A DNA stretch of 64,000 nt, from contig JAAEQD010000016.1 of NCBI GenBank assembly GCA_024231855.1, positions 9,306-73,305 of the forward strand, written 5' to 3'. Both the position numbers and the translations under genes were made by a program. The notes below the pieces were generated by a model that worked only from the letters and a program-made list of their open reading frames with translations, searched no databases and had not been told where the DNA came from. Below are positions 16,165-25,509 of this stretch, piece after piece. The DNA is from Candidatus Zixiibacteriota bacterium. GTDB lineage: Bacteria; Zixibacteria; MSB-5A5; UBA10806; 4484-95. Numbering within the stretch: the first letter of the stretch is position 1; every line of letters starts with the position of its first letter.

Positions 16165-17132
16165 TTCGCCCCTCCTGTCAGCGCCTTGGCTACATCGGCG
16201 CAAAGATTCAATTTATCGAATGCCCTATTCCGAGGCAAAAACTCCAGACCACAAGATGTAGTGATATAAACTTTTGCCGATTTTAAATTATTTAAAATAG
16301 CGTCAGCCTTACTAGCGACTTCGGCGAGTATCTCCATCTTTGTATTGCGCGCGTCAATTATGCCCAGCCCGATATTTTTAGAGAATCCATCCAATGAATC
16401 GATCAGACCGGGGGAGTAGGTGAAATCGAAACAGTAACCATCGACAGGTAATTCATTGAGTTTCGCCAAAAGGGAAGTGGCATTGCCAAAATAAAGCCCG
16501 ATTAGAATTTCCGGTCTGGAATCATAAGCCGCTATTTTATCATAGACGGATTTAAAAAGCCCGATATCATCCGGATTGTGCAAAATTGCCGGTTCGTCGA
16601 GTTGGATTAAACCGGCGCCTTTGCTTTTAAGTTCAATAAGTTCTTTCAGGTAAATATCGGCGAGGTTGGCCAGGCAATCCTCAAAATCGCCGTTGACAAT
16701 CGACATCTTTAACAAGCTATAGGGTCCGATCATTACGGAACTGGACTTCGTCTCGACTTGACCGCGCAGGAATTGAAAATCATCCGCGATTAACGACTTT
16801 TTATAAGTCAGCCCTGAGACGGCTTTAGGCTGGCGATAGAGGAAATTGGTATCGAAAAACCGCAGCAAGCCGGTAATTTTAAACCCGTCAATCTTTCGGG
16901 CAATATATGATAAAGGATCGCTGCTTCTGATCTGGCCATCGGTTACGATATCACAGCCTGAAGATAATTGCTCCTCGATAACCTCGGAAACCGTATCATC
17001 CAGAATCTTCTCAACTTCGCTTTCAGATATTTTCTCCTTATCGAGCATATTATATGCTCGGCGAAGTTTCTGGAGTTCTGGTTTATCTCCAACTCGAGGG
17101 TAGGATGAGTGATTTTTTGAGAGTATTTTCAT
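16161..17132 (-). CDS. MetE-like domain protein (second half of a split methionine synthase II type pair)
   Basis: MKILSKNHSSYPRVGDKPELQKLRRAY and IQLDEPAI blocks resemble the MetE fold. Translationally coupled to 15178..16164. Confidence 0.65.
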   Translation of the reverse strand: MKILSKNHSSYPRVGDKPELQKLRRAYNMLDKEKISESEVEKILDDTVSEVIEEQLSSGCDIVTDGQIRSSDPLSYIARKIDGFKITGLLRFFDTNFLYRQPKAVSGLTYKKSLIADDFQFLRGQVETKSSSVMIGPYSLLKMSIVNGDFEDCLANLADIYLKELIELKSKGAGLIQLDEPAILHNPDDIGLFKSVYDKIAAYDSRPEILIGLYFGNATSLLAKLNELPVDGYCFDFTYSPGLIDSLDGFSKNIGLGIIDARNTKMEILAEVASKADAILNNLKSAKVYITTSCGLEFLPRNRAFDKLNLCADVAKALTGGAK

Positions 17133-17343
17133 TTGATCTCCGGATAATTCTGATTTTTATACACATTCGAAATATATAAACTTTGCTAAATCAAATTAAG
17201 TTCGATTTATTTGAAATTTATTTGATCTGATTCAACCGGATCAAATAATCATTAGATTTCCACGTAAAATCTGAATCCGGAATCAGCTTGAACTGGCTAT
17301 AAATCTTTCAAAAACGATTTGCAGAAATAACATTCTGCCGGGC

Positions 17344-18228
17344 TTAGAAATCGGATCGTCCGATTTCGGGCCAGTAAATTCCCTTTTTAAGCTGGGCTTG
17401 AAAGCTATCGTAAAATTCCTGTTTGCCGGGTATCTCTTTCGGCCATTCGGCGTTAAACAGGCTGTCCGCGGCCTCCGCGTCGCCCGCGTATATATAATCG
17501 AGCATCATCCCCCATAAAAGCGATGGTGGAAAACGGTAAAACTCGTGTTTCGGATCATATTCTTTTTCCATTCTGGTCTCGGTGAGTTTCTTCAGTTTTT
17601 TCGGATTATCTTTATCCCGTTTTCCCTTTAGATAGTCCGAGAACTTGATATTGGCCAGACGGTATTTGCCCTCGTACCACTTCCATATTAACAGCGGCAT
17701 CGGCGACTCATCGAAAGGCGCGTTCCATTTTCCGAAATTGGCATCGCGAAATATGATCTCCGGTAGCGAATCCTTATCTAAATCCTCAAGGTAAAATACA
17801 TCGACATCCAGAAGCTTAAATCGACCGATTTCGGTTAAAAATTTCTCATCGAGACTATGAATACTGATATGATTGCAGCAGCTCCCCAAACCGGTATGTC
17901 CAACTACTATAATGTCATCAGTCCCGTTGCCGTTTAAGTCCTTAGTGTAGCTCGCCCCGGATGGATCGTCGGCATCGGAGCCAAAATTATATAATTGGAT
18001 CGATTTGCTCATTGTCGACATGGCCGGTGACGGCCCCAATTTAATCATGAGCTCTTCATGCAATTTCTCGCCCTCAAAGCTGACCGATTCATAAGTTATG
18101 GCCGTATATCGTCCGATTGTTACGGAATCCCGAACCTGGCGGTTGTATTTCGGATCTGCTAATGATGTCGACGCGAGGATCACTATAAGCGCTATTGCCG
18201 TCACGGGATTGATTAAAATTCTTGGCAT
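17344..18228 (-). CDS. Hypothetical secreted protein (one FG-GAP/VCBS-like Ca-binding-looking segment DLNGNGTDDIIVVGHTG)
   Basis: The start at ATG 18228 (MPRILINPVTAIALIVILASTSLA) is preceded by AGGGAGA. The ORF-track start at 18309 would overlap the upstream gene. Confidence 0.6.
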   Translation of the reverse strand: MPRILINPVTAIALIVILASTSLADPKYNRQVRDSVTIGRYTAITYESVSFEGEKLHEELMIKLGPSPAMSTMSKSIQLYNFGSDADDPSGASYTKDLNGNGTDDIIVVGHTGLGSCCNHISIHSLDEKFLTEIGRFKLLDVDVFYLEDLDKDSLPEIIFRDANFGKWNAPFDESPMPLLIWKWYEGKYRLANIKFSDYLKGKRDKDNPKKLKKLTETRMEKEYDPKHEFYRFPPSLLWGMMLDYIYAGDAEAADSLFNAEWPKEIPGKQEFYDSFQAQLKKGIYWPEIGRSDF

Positions 18229-18254
18229 ATTTCTCCCTGATTTAGTTGTTGCTA

Positions 18255-19352
18255 CTACAATCCCATGAAAGGAATCGGTACAAAACATAATATGAATATA
18301 ATAATACAAAGATAACCGATTGTCAGTCTCTTTTTATCGAGTGGTATATCATCCAGTACGGTTGGTGGATGTTTGGGCTTGACCAGGAAAAAACCCAGAA
18401 TCACCCAGATTAGCCAGCCAAACCACCAAAAAGACAAGATAATCATACCTGCCATTATCGCATAAACGATTTTATGCTGAGCTTTGCCAAACATAGCGTA
18501 CAAAATATGTCCGCCATCGAGCTGGCCTATAGGCAATAAATTGAGCATTGTCACCAAAAAGCCAACCCATCCGGCAAACGCCACCGGATTGAGTACGGCA
18601 ATTAGTCCGTCAGGTATTGGTGGCTGAACAATACCGGAGATAATAATGAAAAGGAGGGAATCCCCCAGATATAATAATCCAACCATTGCCGGAGTATCCG
18701 GAACAAAATTTGGATGAGCAAGGCCCCAAATAACCAATGGTATAGCTATCACCATACCGGCTAATGGCCCGGCGGCGCCGACATCCAGAAGTTGCTTTCT
18801 CGTTATAAAAGGCGATTTCAGGCGAATAACGGCTCCCATTGTACCAAGAAGCGGACTTGGAAAAGGAATAAAATAGGGCAGAGTAACTTTTACGCCATGC
18901 AGTCTGGAGGCTATATAGTGGCCGAACTCATGAAACAGAAGTATCCCGAGAAGTGAAAAAGAAAACGGCATACCGGCTCCCAGAATAGTCAACGGCGCTT
19001 TCCAAAACAGCTCCGGATTACTAAAGTAATCAATACCGGCATGAGCGGCGCCCGCGATTAGCGTAAAAAGTAAAGTGATAACAAACATACCTATGTTTAC
19101 CCAGGGAATCTTCCTCAGGCCCGTTTTGCCTGGCATCTGAACGCGGATAACGACTTTTGGCTCGGTCATGATTACTTCTGATTTGCCGGGGAGATGTTTG
19201 ATTCTGTTTAAGATATCCGGGTTCGACATTTCGACAGGCGAGGTGAAATTTCCTCGAAGCAAGATGTCCTCTTTACCGCCATAAATAACATCGATCTCAA
19301 TCGCGTCCTTAAGAACTTCGATATACTGTTTGATTAACGCATTGGTAAGCAT
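18255..19352 (-). CDS. M50 family site-2 protease-like membrane metalloprotease
   Basis: HEFGHY (HExxH) and NLLPIGQLDGGH motifs with multiple hydrophobic helices. Confidence 0.8.
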   Translation of the reverse strand: MLTNALIKQYIEVLKDAIEIDVIYGGKEDILLRGNFTSPVEMSNPDILNRIKHLPGKSEVIMTEPKVVIRVQMPGKTGLRKIPWVNIGMFVITLLFTLIAGAAHAGIDYFSNPELFWKAPLTILGAGMPFSFSLLGILLFHEFGHYIASRLHGVKVTLPYFIPFPSPLLGTMGAVIRLKSPFITRKQLLDVGAAGPLAGMVIAIPLVIWGLAHPNFVPDTPAMVGLLYLGDSLLFIIISGIVQPPIPDGLIAVLNPVAFAGWVGFLVTMLNLLPIGQLDGGHILYAMFGKAQHKIVYAIMAGMIILSFWWFGWLIWVILGFFLVKPKHPPTVLDDIPLDKKRLTIGYLCIIIFILCFVPIPFMGL

Positions 19353-19356
19353 ATAT

Positions 19357-20559
19357 TTATCTAAGTATATTAATCCTATACTTTAAATCTCTAACGTCCG
19401 CGTCCTGGCCGAAATCGAGAATAAATATCTCATATGTCTCAACTCCCTGGTAAGTCGGCATAAACGAATAGGCTATCCTGGAACCATCCGGGGAAATTGC
19501 CAGGTAGTACTTATCACCGCCATCATAAGTTAGTCGGAATTCGATGCCATCCTTAGCGTAGTAGATATCAAACTTGCCGGATTCTTTCACTAAATAAGCA
19601 AATTCGGTACTGTTAACTGCGGCCGGATAAAACATCGTTTTACTAAGCCATGTGGTTTTTTGATCAAGCATCTTTCGTGGTTTACCGCCTTCCACAGGAA
19701 TACCATATATATTTGTTGTTACTCTACCATCAGTATGGCCGGCTTGAAACATGATGATATCATCTCCGGCGGAAAGGTTCTGAACAAGCGGCAGCGATCG
19801 GCGCAAAGTGAAAACGTCGTCGTTATCAAAAAGAATGTCTTGCTTCGATTCGATCAGATTTATCTTTGTAAACGTATTTTCTCCAAATTGGTAACATACT
19901 ACTCCATCGCCATATGAACAGTAATGTCGGCTTCTTAACCGTATACACTGTATAGATGTTCCCCACTTTAAATAATATCGATTTAACATTACCGCCCCGG
20001 AGAAACCAAGGTCTGCTTTACTGCCGCCGAGGTAATAAAAGCAAGTATCGGACGAAAATCTCGGTTTAAATGCGTTTCCAACAGGTAAATCCGGGATGAT
20101 TTCGCGGCTTAATTCAAAATCATAATAAACAATACCGGTGGTACGATTTTCATACCAGTCAAACAAGCCATCATCCAGACGAGTCAGCGACGTATCACGA
20201 GAGTAGACGAGTTTATCTCCTGATGGTGAGAATCCGCCGACTCGGTCGGCAAATACATTGTTGGTCAACCTTACCAGATGGTAATTGCCGCCCAGGATTA
20301 TGGCCGCCTGTGGTATCAGAGTCGAGTCAAGTTCGACTTGATTTTCAATTTCCCTGATGGCATCCTTTGTTAAGCCTTGATGCCACATATCCCTGGCTAA
20401 GGCCAGTCGCGCATCGATAGAATCAGTCGCAATCTTGTTGATCGGGATTCCCTTTCGGGCCGTTACTATTGATGTAAAACCGATAATTATTGCCACCGCC
20501 GTGATTACTATTCCACGATTTCTAGAAGGTCGAAACATTTCCAATCCAGTCCTGTTCAT
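19357..20559 (-). CDS. Membrane-anchored hypothetical protein, possible TolB/PD40-like beta-propeller
   Basis: N-terminal TM segment IVITAVAIIIGFTSIV. Segments SPSGDKLVYS and ISPDGSRIAYSF resemble PD40 repeats. The function call is weak. Confidence 0.55.
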   Translation of the reverse strand: MNRTGLEMFRPSRNRGIVITAVAIIIGFTSIVTARKGIPINKIATDSIDARLALARDMWHQGLTKDAIREIENQVELDSTLIPQAAIILGGNYHLVRLTNNVFADRVGGFSPSGDKLVYSRDTSLTRLDDGLFDWYENRTTGIVYYDFELSREIIPDLPVGNAFKPRFSSDTCFYYLGGSKADLGFSGAVMLNRYYLKWGTSIQCIRLRSRHYCSYGDGVVCYQFGENTFTKINLIESKQDILFDNDDVFTLRRSLPLVQNLSAGDDIIMFQAGHTDGRVTTNIYGIPVEGGKPRKMLDQKTTWLSKTMFYPAAVNSTEFAYLVKESGKFDIYYAKDGIEFRLTYDGGDKYYLAISPDGSRIAYSFMPTYQGVETYEIFILDFGQDADVRDLKYRINILR

Positions 20560-20941
20560 CGATATTAGTCATTTCGGCAAAAAGGCGATAATTCGCCAGC
20601 CACAGCAAAACTAATATATAACACACATAAATTCTACCGATATTTATACGAATTTGTTCACTTAATCGATGCCTGAATTATCTTAAATGCCGCAAAGTTT
20701 TTCAACGGGCCTGGAATACTTGGCGATTTTACTTGATTAAATATGTCAATATATTAAATTTCTAGGTTATCAGAGAAACCATAACCTTCTCTGGTTGAAA
20801 GCGATTGAATTAGTTGTGATTAAAGATGGTGAATAGTTGAATAAAAATACCAGACTTGAATTCATCGGTATCGGCTTAATGCCGATCAATCGTATTCGTT
20901 TGTCCGAAGTAATATTGAGTAGCCGGGAAAGCAATCATTAA

Positions 20942-21661
20942 ATGAGAATAAATAAATATCTAGCCCGATCGGGTGTAGCTTCTCGACGTCACGCCGATAA
21001 CCTGATCCTTCAGGGCCGGGTAAAAGTTAACGGTAATTCCATAAAACAGTTGGGTGTACAGGTCCACGATTATAAAGATATTGTCGAAGTCGACGGCAGG
21101 ATTGTTTCGCCGGAAAAAGGGACATATTATATCATGTTGAACAAGCCGCCGGGCTTTTTGGTCTCCACCCGTGATCCTCATCACAAGCGTCTGGTGACTT
21201 CTTTGCTCAAAGGCTACAAAGGTAAAGTGTTTCCGGTAGGTCGCCTCGATTTCGATTCGTCGGGCTTACTAATATTTACCAATGATGGAATGCTGGCCTT
21301 TCGTCTGAGTCATCCCCGCTACCAGGTGAATAAAACCTATGAAGTCAAATGCAAAGGCGCCATTGAAGACTCTAAACTTCGTCTACTGGAAAAAGGAGTC
21401 ATGCTCGAGGATGGTATTACGGCCCCGGCTAAAACCAGGCTTCTCTCCAAAACCAAGGAATCGAGCACTGTGCAAATTACAATTCACGAGGGCCGGAAAC
21501 GTCAGGTTCGGCGCATGTTTAAAAACGTGGGACACCCGGTAACCTGTCTTAAGCGAGTATCATTTGGCAATCTTAAACTGGGAACTTTGGCTGAAGGTAA
21601 ATTTATGCAGATTAAAAAATCCCAACTCATCAAACTTAAAAATTTGGTTGGTTTAAAATAA
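20942..21661 (+). CDS. rluB: Pseudouridine synthase, RsuA/RluB family
   Basis: S4 domain RINKYLARSGVASRRHADNLI. Catalytic-Asp motif GRLDFDSSGLLIFTNDG. Confidence 0.85.
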   Translation: MRINKYLARSGVASRRHADNLILQGRVKVNGNSIKQLGVQVHDYKDIVEVDGRIVSPEKGTYYIMLNKPPGFLVSTRDPHHKRLVTSLLKGYKGKVFPVGRLDFDSSGLLIFTNDGMLAFRLSHPRYQVNKTYEVKCKGAIEDSKLRLLEKGVMLEDGITAPAKTRLLSKTKESSTVQITIHEGRKRQVRRMFKNVGHPVTCLKRVSFGNLKLGTLAEGKFMQIKKSQLIKLKNLVGLK

Positions 21662-22326
21662 TGGGAAAAGTAATCGTAATCGATGGCCCGGCCGGATCAG
21701 GTAAAAGCACCACGGCGATCGCGCTGGCAAAAAAACTGGGTTTTATATATCTCGATACAGGGGCTATGTACAGGGCGGTGACATATAAATTCCTTCAACT
21801 CGGTTTTAGTGATTTTAGTAATTCTTCGAAGATTAAAAATAACCTTAGTAATACGAAAATCGATATCAAGCCTGCCGGTGACGGTCTTCAAATCTATCTC
21901 AATGATTCGGATGTCACCATGCAGATTAGAAGTGATGAGGTGGATGGCTTTGTGTCGGAAGTTGCGGCTGTCGATCAGGTGCGCGAGTATATGCAAGAAC
22001 TTCAGAGGCAGTTTGCCGGCCATTTCGATATTGTAGCCGAAGGCCGGGATCTGGGCACTTACGTTTTCCCTGATGCAGATATTAAAATTTATCTGGTAGC
22101 CGATCTCGATATCAGGGCTAGTAGGCGATTACTGCAGAAAAACGCCGCGGCCGATAATTTAAAAGCGTTTCGAGACAATCTTACCAAGCGGGATCATATA
22201 GATTCCAGCCGTAAGCATTCGCCTTTGAAGAAAGCGCGGGATGCTATCGAAGTTGATACCACTGATTTGACTTTCGATCAACAAGTGGAAGAGATTTACG
22301 AGATATGTCGGAAAAAAATCGGGTAA
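21661..22326 (+). CDS. cmk: Cytidylate kinase
   Basis: P-loop IDGPAGSGKST. TAATG overlap with rluB. Conserved cmk-rpsA neighbourhood. Confidence 0.85.
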   Translation: MGKVIVIDGPAGSGKSTTAIALAKKLGFIYLDTGAMYRAVTYKFLQLGFSDFSNSSKIKNNLSNTKIDIKPAGDGLQIYLNDSDVTMQIRSDEVDGFVSEVAAVDQVREYMQELQRQFAGHFDIVAEGRDLGTYVFPDADIKIYLVADLDIRASRRLLQKNAAADNLKAFRDNLTKRDHIDSSRKHSPLKKARDAIEVDTTDLTFDQQVEEIYEICRKKIG

Positions 22327-22928
22327 ACTATCTATTCTGGTTTCTTCATACTTTAATATATATATATATGCGCTTATTAGGCGGATTAAGGCTGCGCGGG
22401 AAACATAAAATACCTCGTGATGGCGGATTGATAATCGCCTCCAACCATATTGCCGCCGCCGACCCATTTCTACTGGGTTCGGCGATCCCTCGTGAACTAT
22501 GGTTCATGGCAAAAAAAGAGCTGTTCAAGCCGTTTTTGCTTGGCCGATTTATCGCCAAAGTAAATGCTTTTCCGGTCGACAGATTTGGTTTCGATATCGA
22601 GGTGATTAAGAAATCGATTTCTCTGCTCAAACAGGGTAGAGCGTTAATTATGTTTCCGGAGGGGACTCGATCGAAAGATGGCCGGATTATGGAAGGCAAA
22701 ATCGGAGTTGGCATGCTGGCCTACAAAGCCGGGGTTCCGATAGTGCCGGCCTATGTCGCCAATACTAAAAGAGCCTGGTGGAATCTGTTTAAAGGTAAGC
22801 GGATGAAGGTCAATTTTGGCGATGTTATCGAGGCAGATTGGATTAAATCGCTGCCTGGCTCAAAGGAGGGCTACCGGCAAATTACCGATCTGCTGATGGA
22901 AAGAATAAGGGAGTTACAAGGAGATTAA
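22305..22928 (+). CDS. plsC: 1-acyl-sn-glycerol-3-phosphate acyltransferase
   Basis: HX4D motif NHIAAAD and FPEGTRS. N-terminal hydrophobic helix. Confidence 0.8.
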   Translation: MSEKNRVNYLFWFLHTLIYIYMRLLGGLRLRGKHKIPRDGGLIIASNHIAAADPFLLGSAIPRELWFMAKKELFKPFLLGRFIAKVNAFPVDRFGFDIEVIKKSISLLKQGRALIMFPEGTRSKDGRIMEGKIGVGMLAYKAGVPIVPAYVANTKRAWWNLFKGKRMKVNFGDVIEADWIKSLPGSKEGYRQITDLLMERIRELQGD

Positions 22929-23121
22929 TCGAAAAGAGTCCAAATTAGGCCTAAAAATTACGAGTAAAAGTTTAATAATAATGGGTTTACGAGCTTTTTA
23001 GAATTTATTTTCCGCCGATAAAAATATAGATTGCATTATCATAGATAATGTATATATTATCTGCCGATCCTAGCGGATCAGCCCTTTGGGGCAATTTCAG
23101 TTTTAAGGAGGACTTTTTTAA

Positions 23122-25272
23122 ATGCCAGAAAAAAAACGTTCAGCGGCGGCAGGAAAAACCGCTAAAACGACGAAAAAGACTGGAGGTGGTGCCAAGAGTA
23201 AAACCGAGAAAGCTAAAAAGCAATCAAGAGCCGTGGCTACTGCCAAAAAAAATGAAGCCGCAGTAGTAATTGCTGCGGAAGCCGCGCCGAAACGGAAAAC
23301 TCGTACTAAAGCGCCAAGAACAAAAATCAAGAAACTTGATGTTCCGGTTGTTATGACAGCCGAGGAGATCGAAGAACAGGAATACTCCGACGAAGAGTAC
23401 AACAAATTTCTCGTCATGTACGAGAGCACCATCCAGGATTTCAAGGAAGGTGAGATCGTAACGGGTAAGGTTATGGCTGTAACCCGTGATGACGTCATTG
23501 TTGATGTCGGCTTCAAATCCGAAGGAATAATCCCGATTAGCGAATTCACGCCACCGATTAATGTCGCGGTCAGCGATCAAATCGATGTGTTTCTGGAGGC
23601 TATCGAGGATAATGACGGTCAATTGGTTTTATCGAAACAGAAGGCCGATTTCCTGAAAGTCTGGAGCAATATCAAGGATGCCCATGACGCGGGCGAAACT
23701 ATCGAAGGCCGGGTCGTACGTCGTATAAAGGGAGGTTTGGTTGTCGACCTCTTTGGCGTAGATTCATTCTTGCCTGGTTCCCAGGTGGCCCTTCGTCAGG
23801 TTCCTGATTTCGATGCCCTGATCAATCAAACGATGGAATTGAAGATCATCAAGATCAACAAAAGCAGACGTAATATCGTGGTCTCTCGCCGCTCGGTACT
23901 CGAAGAGCAGCGTAAGGAGATGCGGGAAGCCCTGCTGGAAGAAATCCAACCGGGCCAGGTGCGCGAAGGTATAGTTAAGAATATAACCGATTTCGGTGTA
24001 TTTATCGATTTGGGCGGAGTCGACGGTCTTTTACATATTACGGATATGTCATGGGGCAGAATTAATCACCCGTCGGAGATTACAAAACTTGGACAGGAAA
24101 TCCGGGTAAAGATTCTGGATTTCGACCAGGGCTCCGGCAGGATTTCACTCGGCCTGAAACAACTCACGCCGTACCCATGGGAGAATGTCGAAGAGAAATT
24201 CCCTGTAAACAGCCGGGTCAAAGGTAAGGTCGTATCGATAACCGATTATGGCGCTTTCATCGAACTTGAACGCGGCGTTGAAGGATTGATACATATCTCC
24301 GAAATGTCTTGGACCCATCATATCAAGCACCCCTCGAAAATGCTCTCGGTAAATGATCAAGTCGAGGCGGTCGTTCTCACGGTCGATAAGGAAAATGAGA
24401 AAATATCGCTAGGCCTTAAACAACTCGAACCCGATCCGTGGCTGACAATCGATCTTAAATACCCGCTAAATAGCAATGTGAGCGGCAAGGTTAGAAACCT
24501 GACCACATTCGGAGCTTTCGTTGAGATCGAAGATGGTATCGATGGCTTGATTCATATCTCCGATATGTCCTGGACCAAGCGTATTCAACATCCTTCCGAG
24601 ATTATGAAGAAAAACGATACTATCGAAGTTCGCATATTATCGATAGATAAGGAAAATCGTCGAATTTCGCTTGGTCTCAAGCAGGTTATCGATGATCCAT
24701 GGCCGGACCTCGAAATGAGATATGCTATTAATACCGAAACTCTCGGTACTTTAACCCGTCTTCTCGACCGGGGCGTTATCGTTGAACTCGATGGCGATGT
24801 GGAAGGATTTGTGCCGACTCATATGCTCGGCAAAACTGATATCTCCAAACCGGCCGAAGCGTTTTCGGAAGGTGATGAAATTCCGTTGCGAGTAGTCGAG
24901 TTCGACTCGAAAAACCGCAAGATTTTACTCTCCGTGGAAGCTTACTATGCCGTTAGAGAAAAAGATGAGCTGGAGAAATTCGTAGCTGAACATCCGACTC
25001 TAACAGTTAAAGTCGGGGAAATACTGGGCGAAGAACTCGCTGCCAAATCCGAGGCGTCGGCGGAAGTTAAACCTGAAAAAGAATCTAAACCTCCCGAATC
25101 GGAACAACCATCGGAAGATGTCGAAGTAAAAGCCGAAACAGAACCTGAGCCGGAACCGGAATCCGAACCCGAGCCTGTACCGGAACCTGAACCCGAGCCG
25201 GAACCTGAACCTGTATCGAATCCTGAAACCGAAGATAATACCGAGGCTGGTACCGAAACCGAGCCAAAATAA
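23122..25272 (+). CDS. rpsA: 30S ribosomal protein S1 with Lys/Ala-rich N-terminal extension and Glu-Pro repeat C-terminal tail
   Basis: AAGGAGG lies 10 nt upstream of the ATG. Several tandem S1/OB motifs (GIVKNITDFGVFIDLGGVDGLLHITDMSW, GKVVSITDYGAFIELERGVEGLIHISEMSW, GKVRNLTTFGAFVEIEDGIDGLIHISDMSW). Confidence 0.9.
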   Translation: MPEKKRSAAAGKTAKTTKKTGGGAKSKTEKAKKQSRAVATAKKNEAAVVIAAEAAPKRKTRTKAPRTKIKKLDVPVVMTAEEIEEQEYSDEEYNKFLVMYESTIQDFKEGEIVTGKVMAVTRDDVIVDVGFKSEGIIPISEFTPPINVAVSDQIDVFLEAIEDNDGQLVLSKQKADFLKVWSNIKDAHDAGETIEGRVVRRIKGGLVVDLFGVDSFLPGSQVALRQVPDFDALINQTMELKIIKINKSRRNIVVSRRSVLEEQRKEMREALLEEIQPGQVREGIVKNITDFGVFIDLGGVDGLLHITDMSWGRINHPSEITKLGQEIRVKILDFDQGSGRISLGLKQLTPYPWENVEEKFPVNSRVKGKVVSITDYGAFIELERGVEGLIHISEMSWTHHIKHPSKMLSVNDQVEAVVLTVDKENEKISLGLKQLEPDPWLTIDLKYPLNSNVSGKVRNLTTFGAFVEIEDGIDGLIHISDMSWTKRIQHPSEIMKKNDTIEVRILSIDKENRRISLGLKQVIDDPWPDLEMRYAINTETLGTLTRLLDRGVIVELDGDVEGFVPTHMLGKTDISKPAEAFSEGDEIPLRVVEFDSKNRKILLSVEAYYAVREKDELEKFVAEHPTLTVKVGEILGEELAAKSEASAEVKPEKESKPPESEQPSEDVEVKAETEPEPEPESEPEPVPEPEPEPEPEPVSNPETEDNTEAGTETEPK

Positions 25273-25290
25273 ATAGATAAGCAATATCAA

Positions 25291-25330
25291 CCCCCGGCCG
25301 CGAATTCAGCAAGATGCCGGGGGTTTTTAT
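25291..25330 (+). terminator. Rho-independent terminator after rpsA
   Basis: CCCCCGGC...GCCGGGGG stem followed by TTTTTAT. Confidence 0.75.
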
Positions 25331-25509
25331 ATGGCTTAAAACTCGATTTCAATACCCGAATAGGTTGTTAGATATATGGCGAATAACCAAAATGATTTAT
25401 TAATTCGGTTGACAAAATTAAAATTAGCAGTTCTTTATAGGGAATGTTAATTTGGCGATAATCAAGATACGCGGGTTTCGCCTCGATCTGATGAGGAAAT
25501 GAAACTAAG

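Noticed and set aside
17133-17343. SAM or cobalamin riboswitch upstream of the MetE-like operon
   Set aside because: I could not find the conserved cores of either riboswitch class by eye. The region is AT-rich with only short palindromes. This needs cmscan to be definitive.
22356-22369. (AT)7 dinucleotide tract as a phase-variation switch
   Set aside because: It lies inside the plsC N-terminal coding region (LIYIYM) of an essential-type gene and is short. I saw no other simple-sequence contingency loci while reading the window.
25000-25312. Minus-strand ORFs 25000..25290 and 25085..25312
   Set aside because: They are antisense translations of the Glu-Pro repeat at the rpsA 3' end, giving Arg/Phe/Gly-rich low-complexity sequence.
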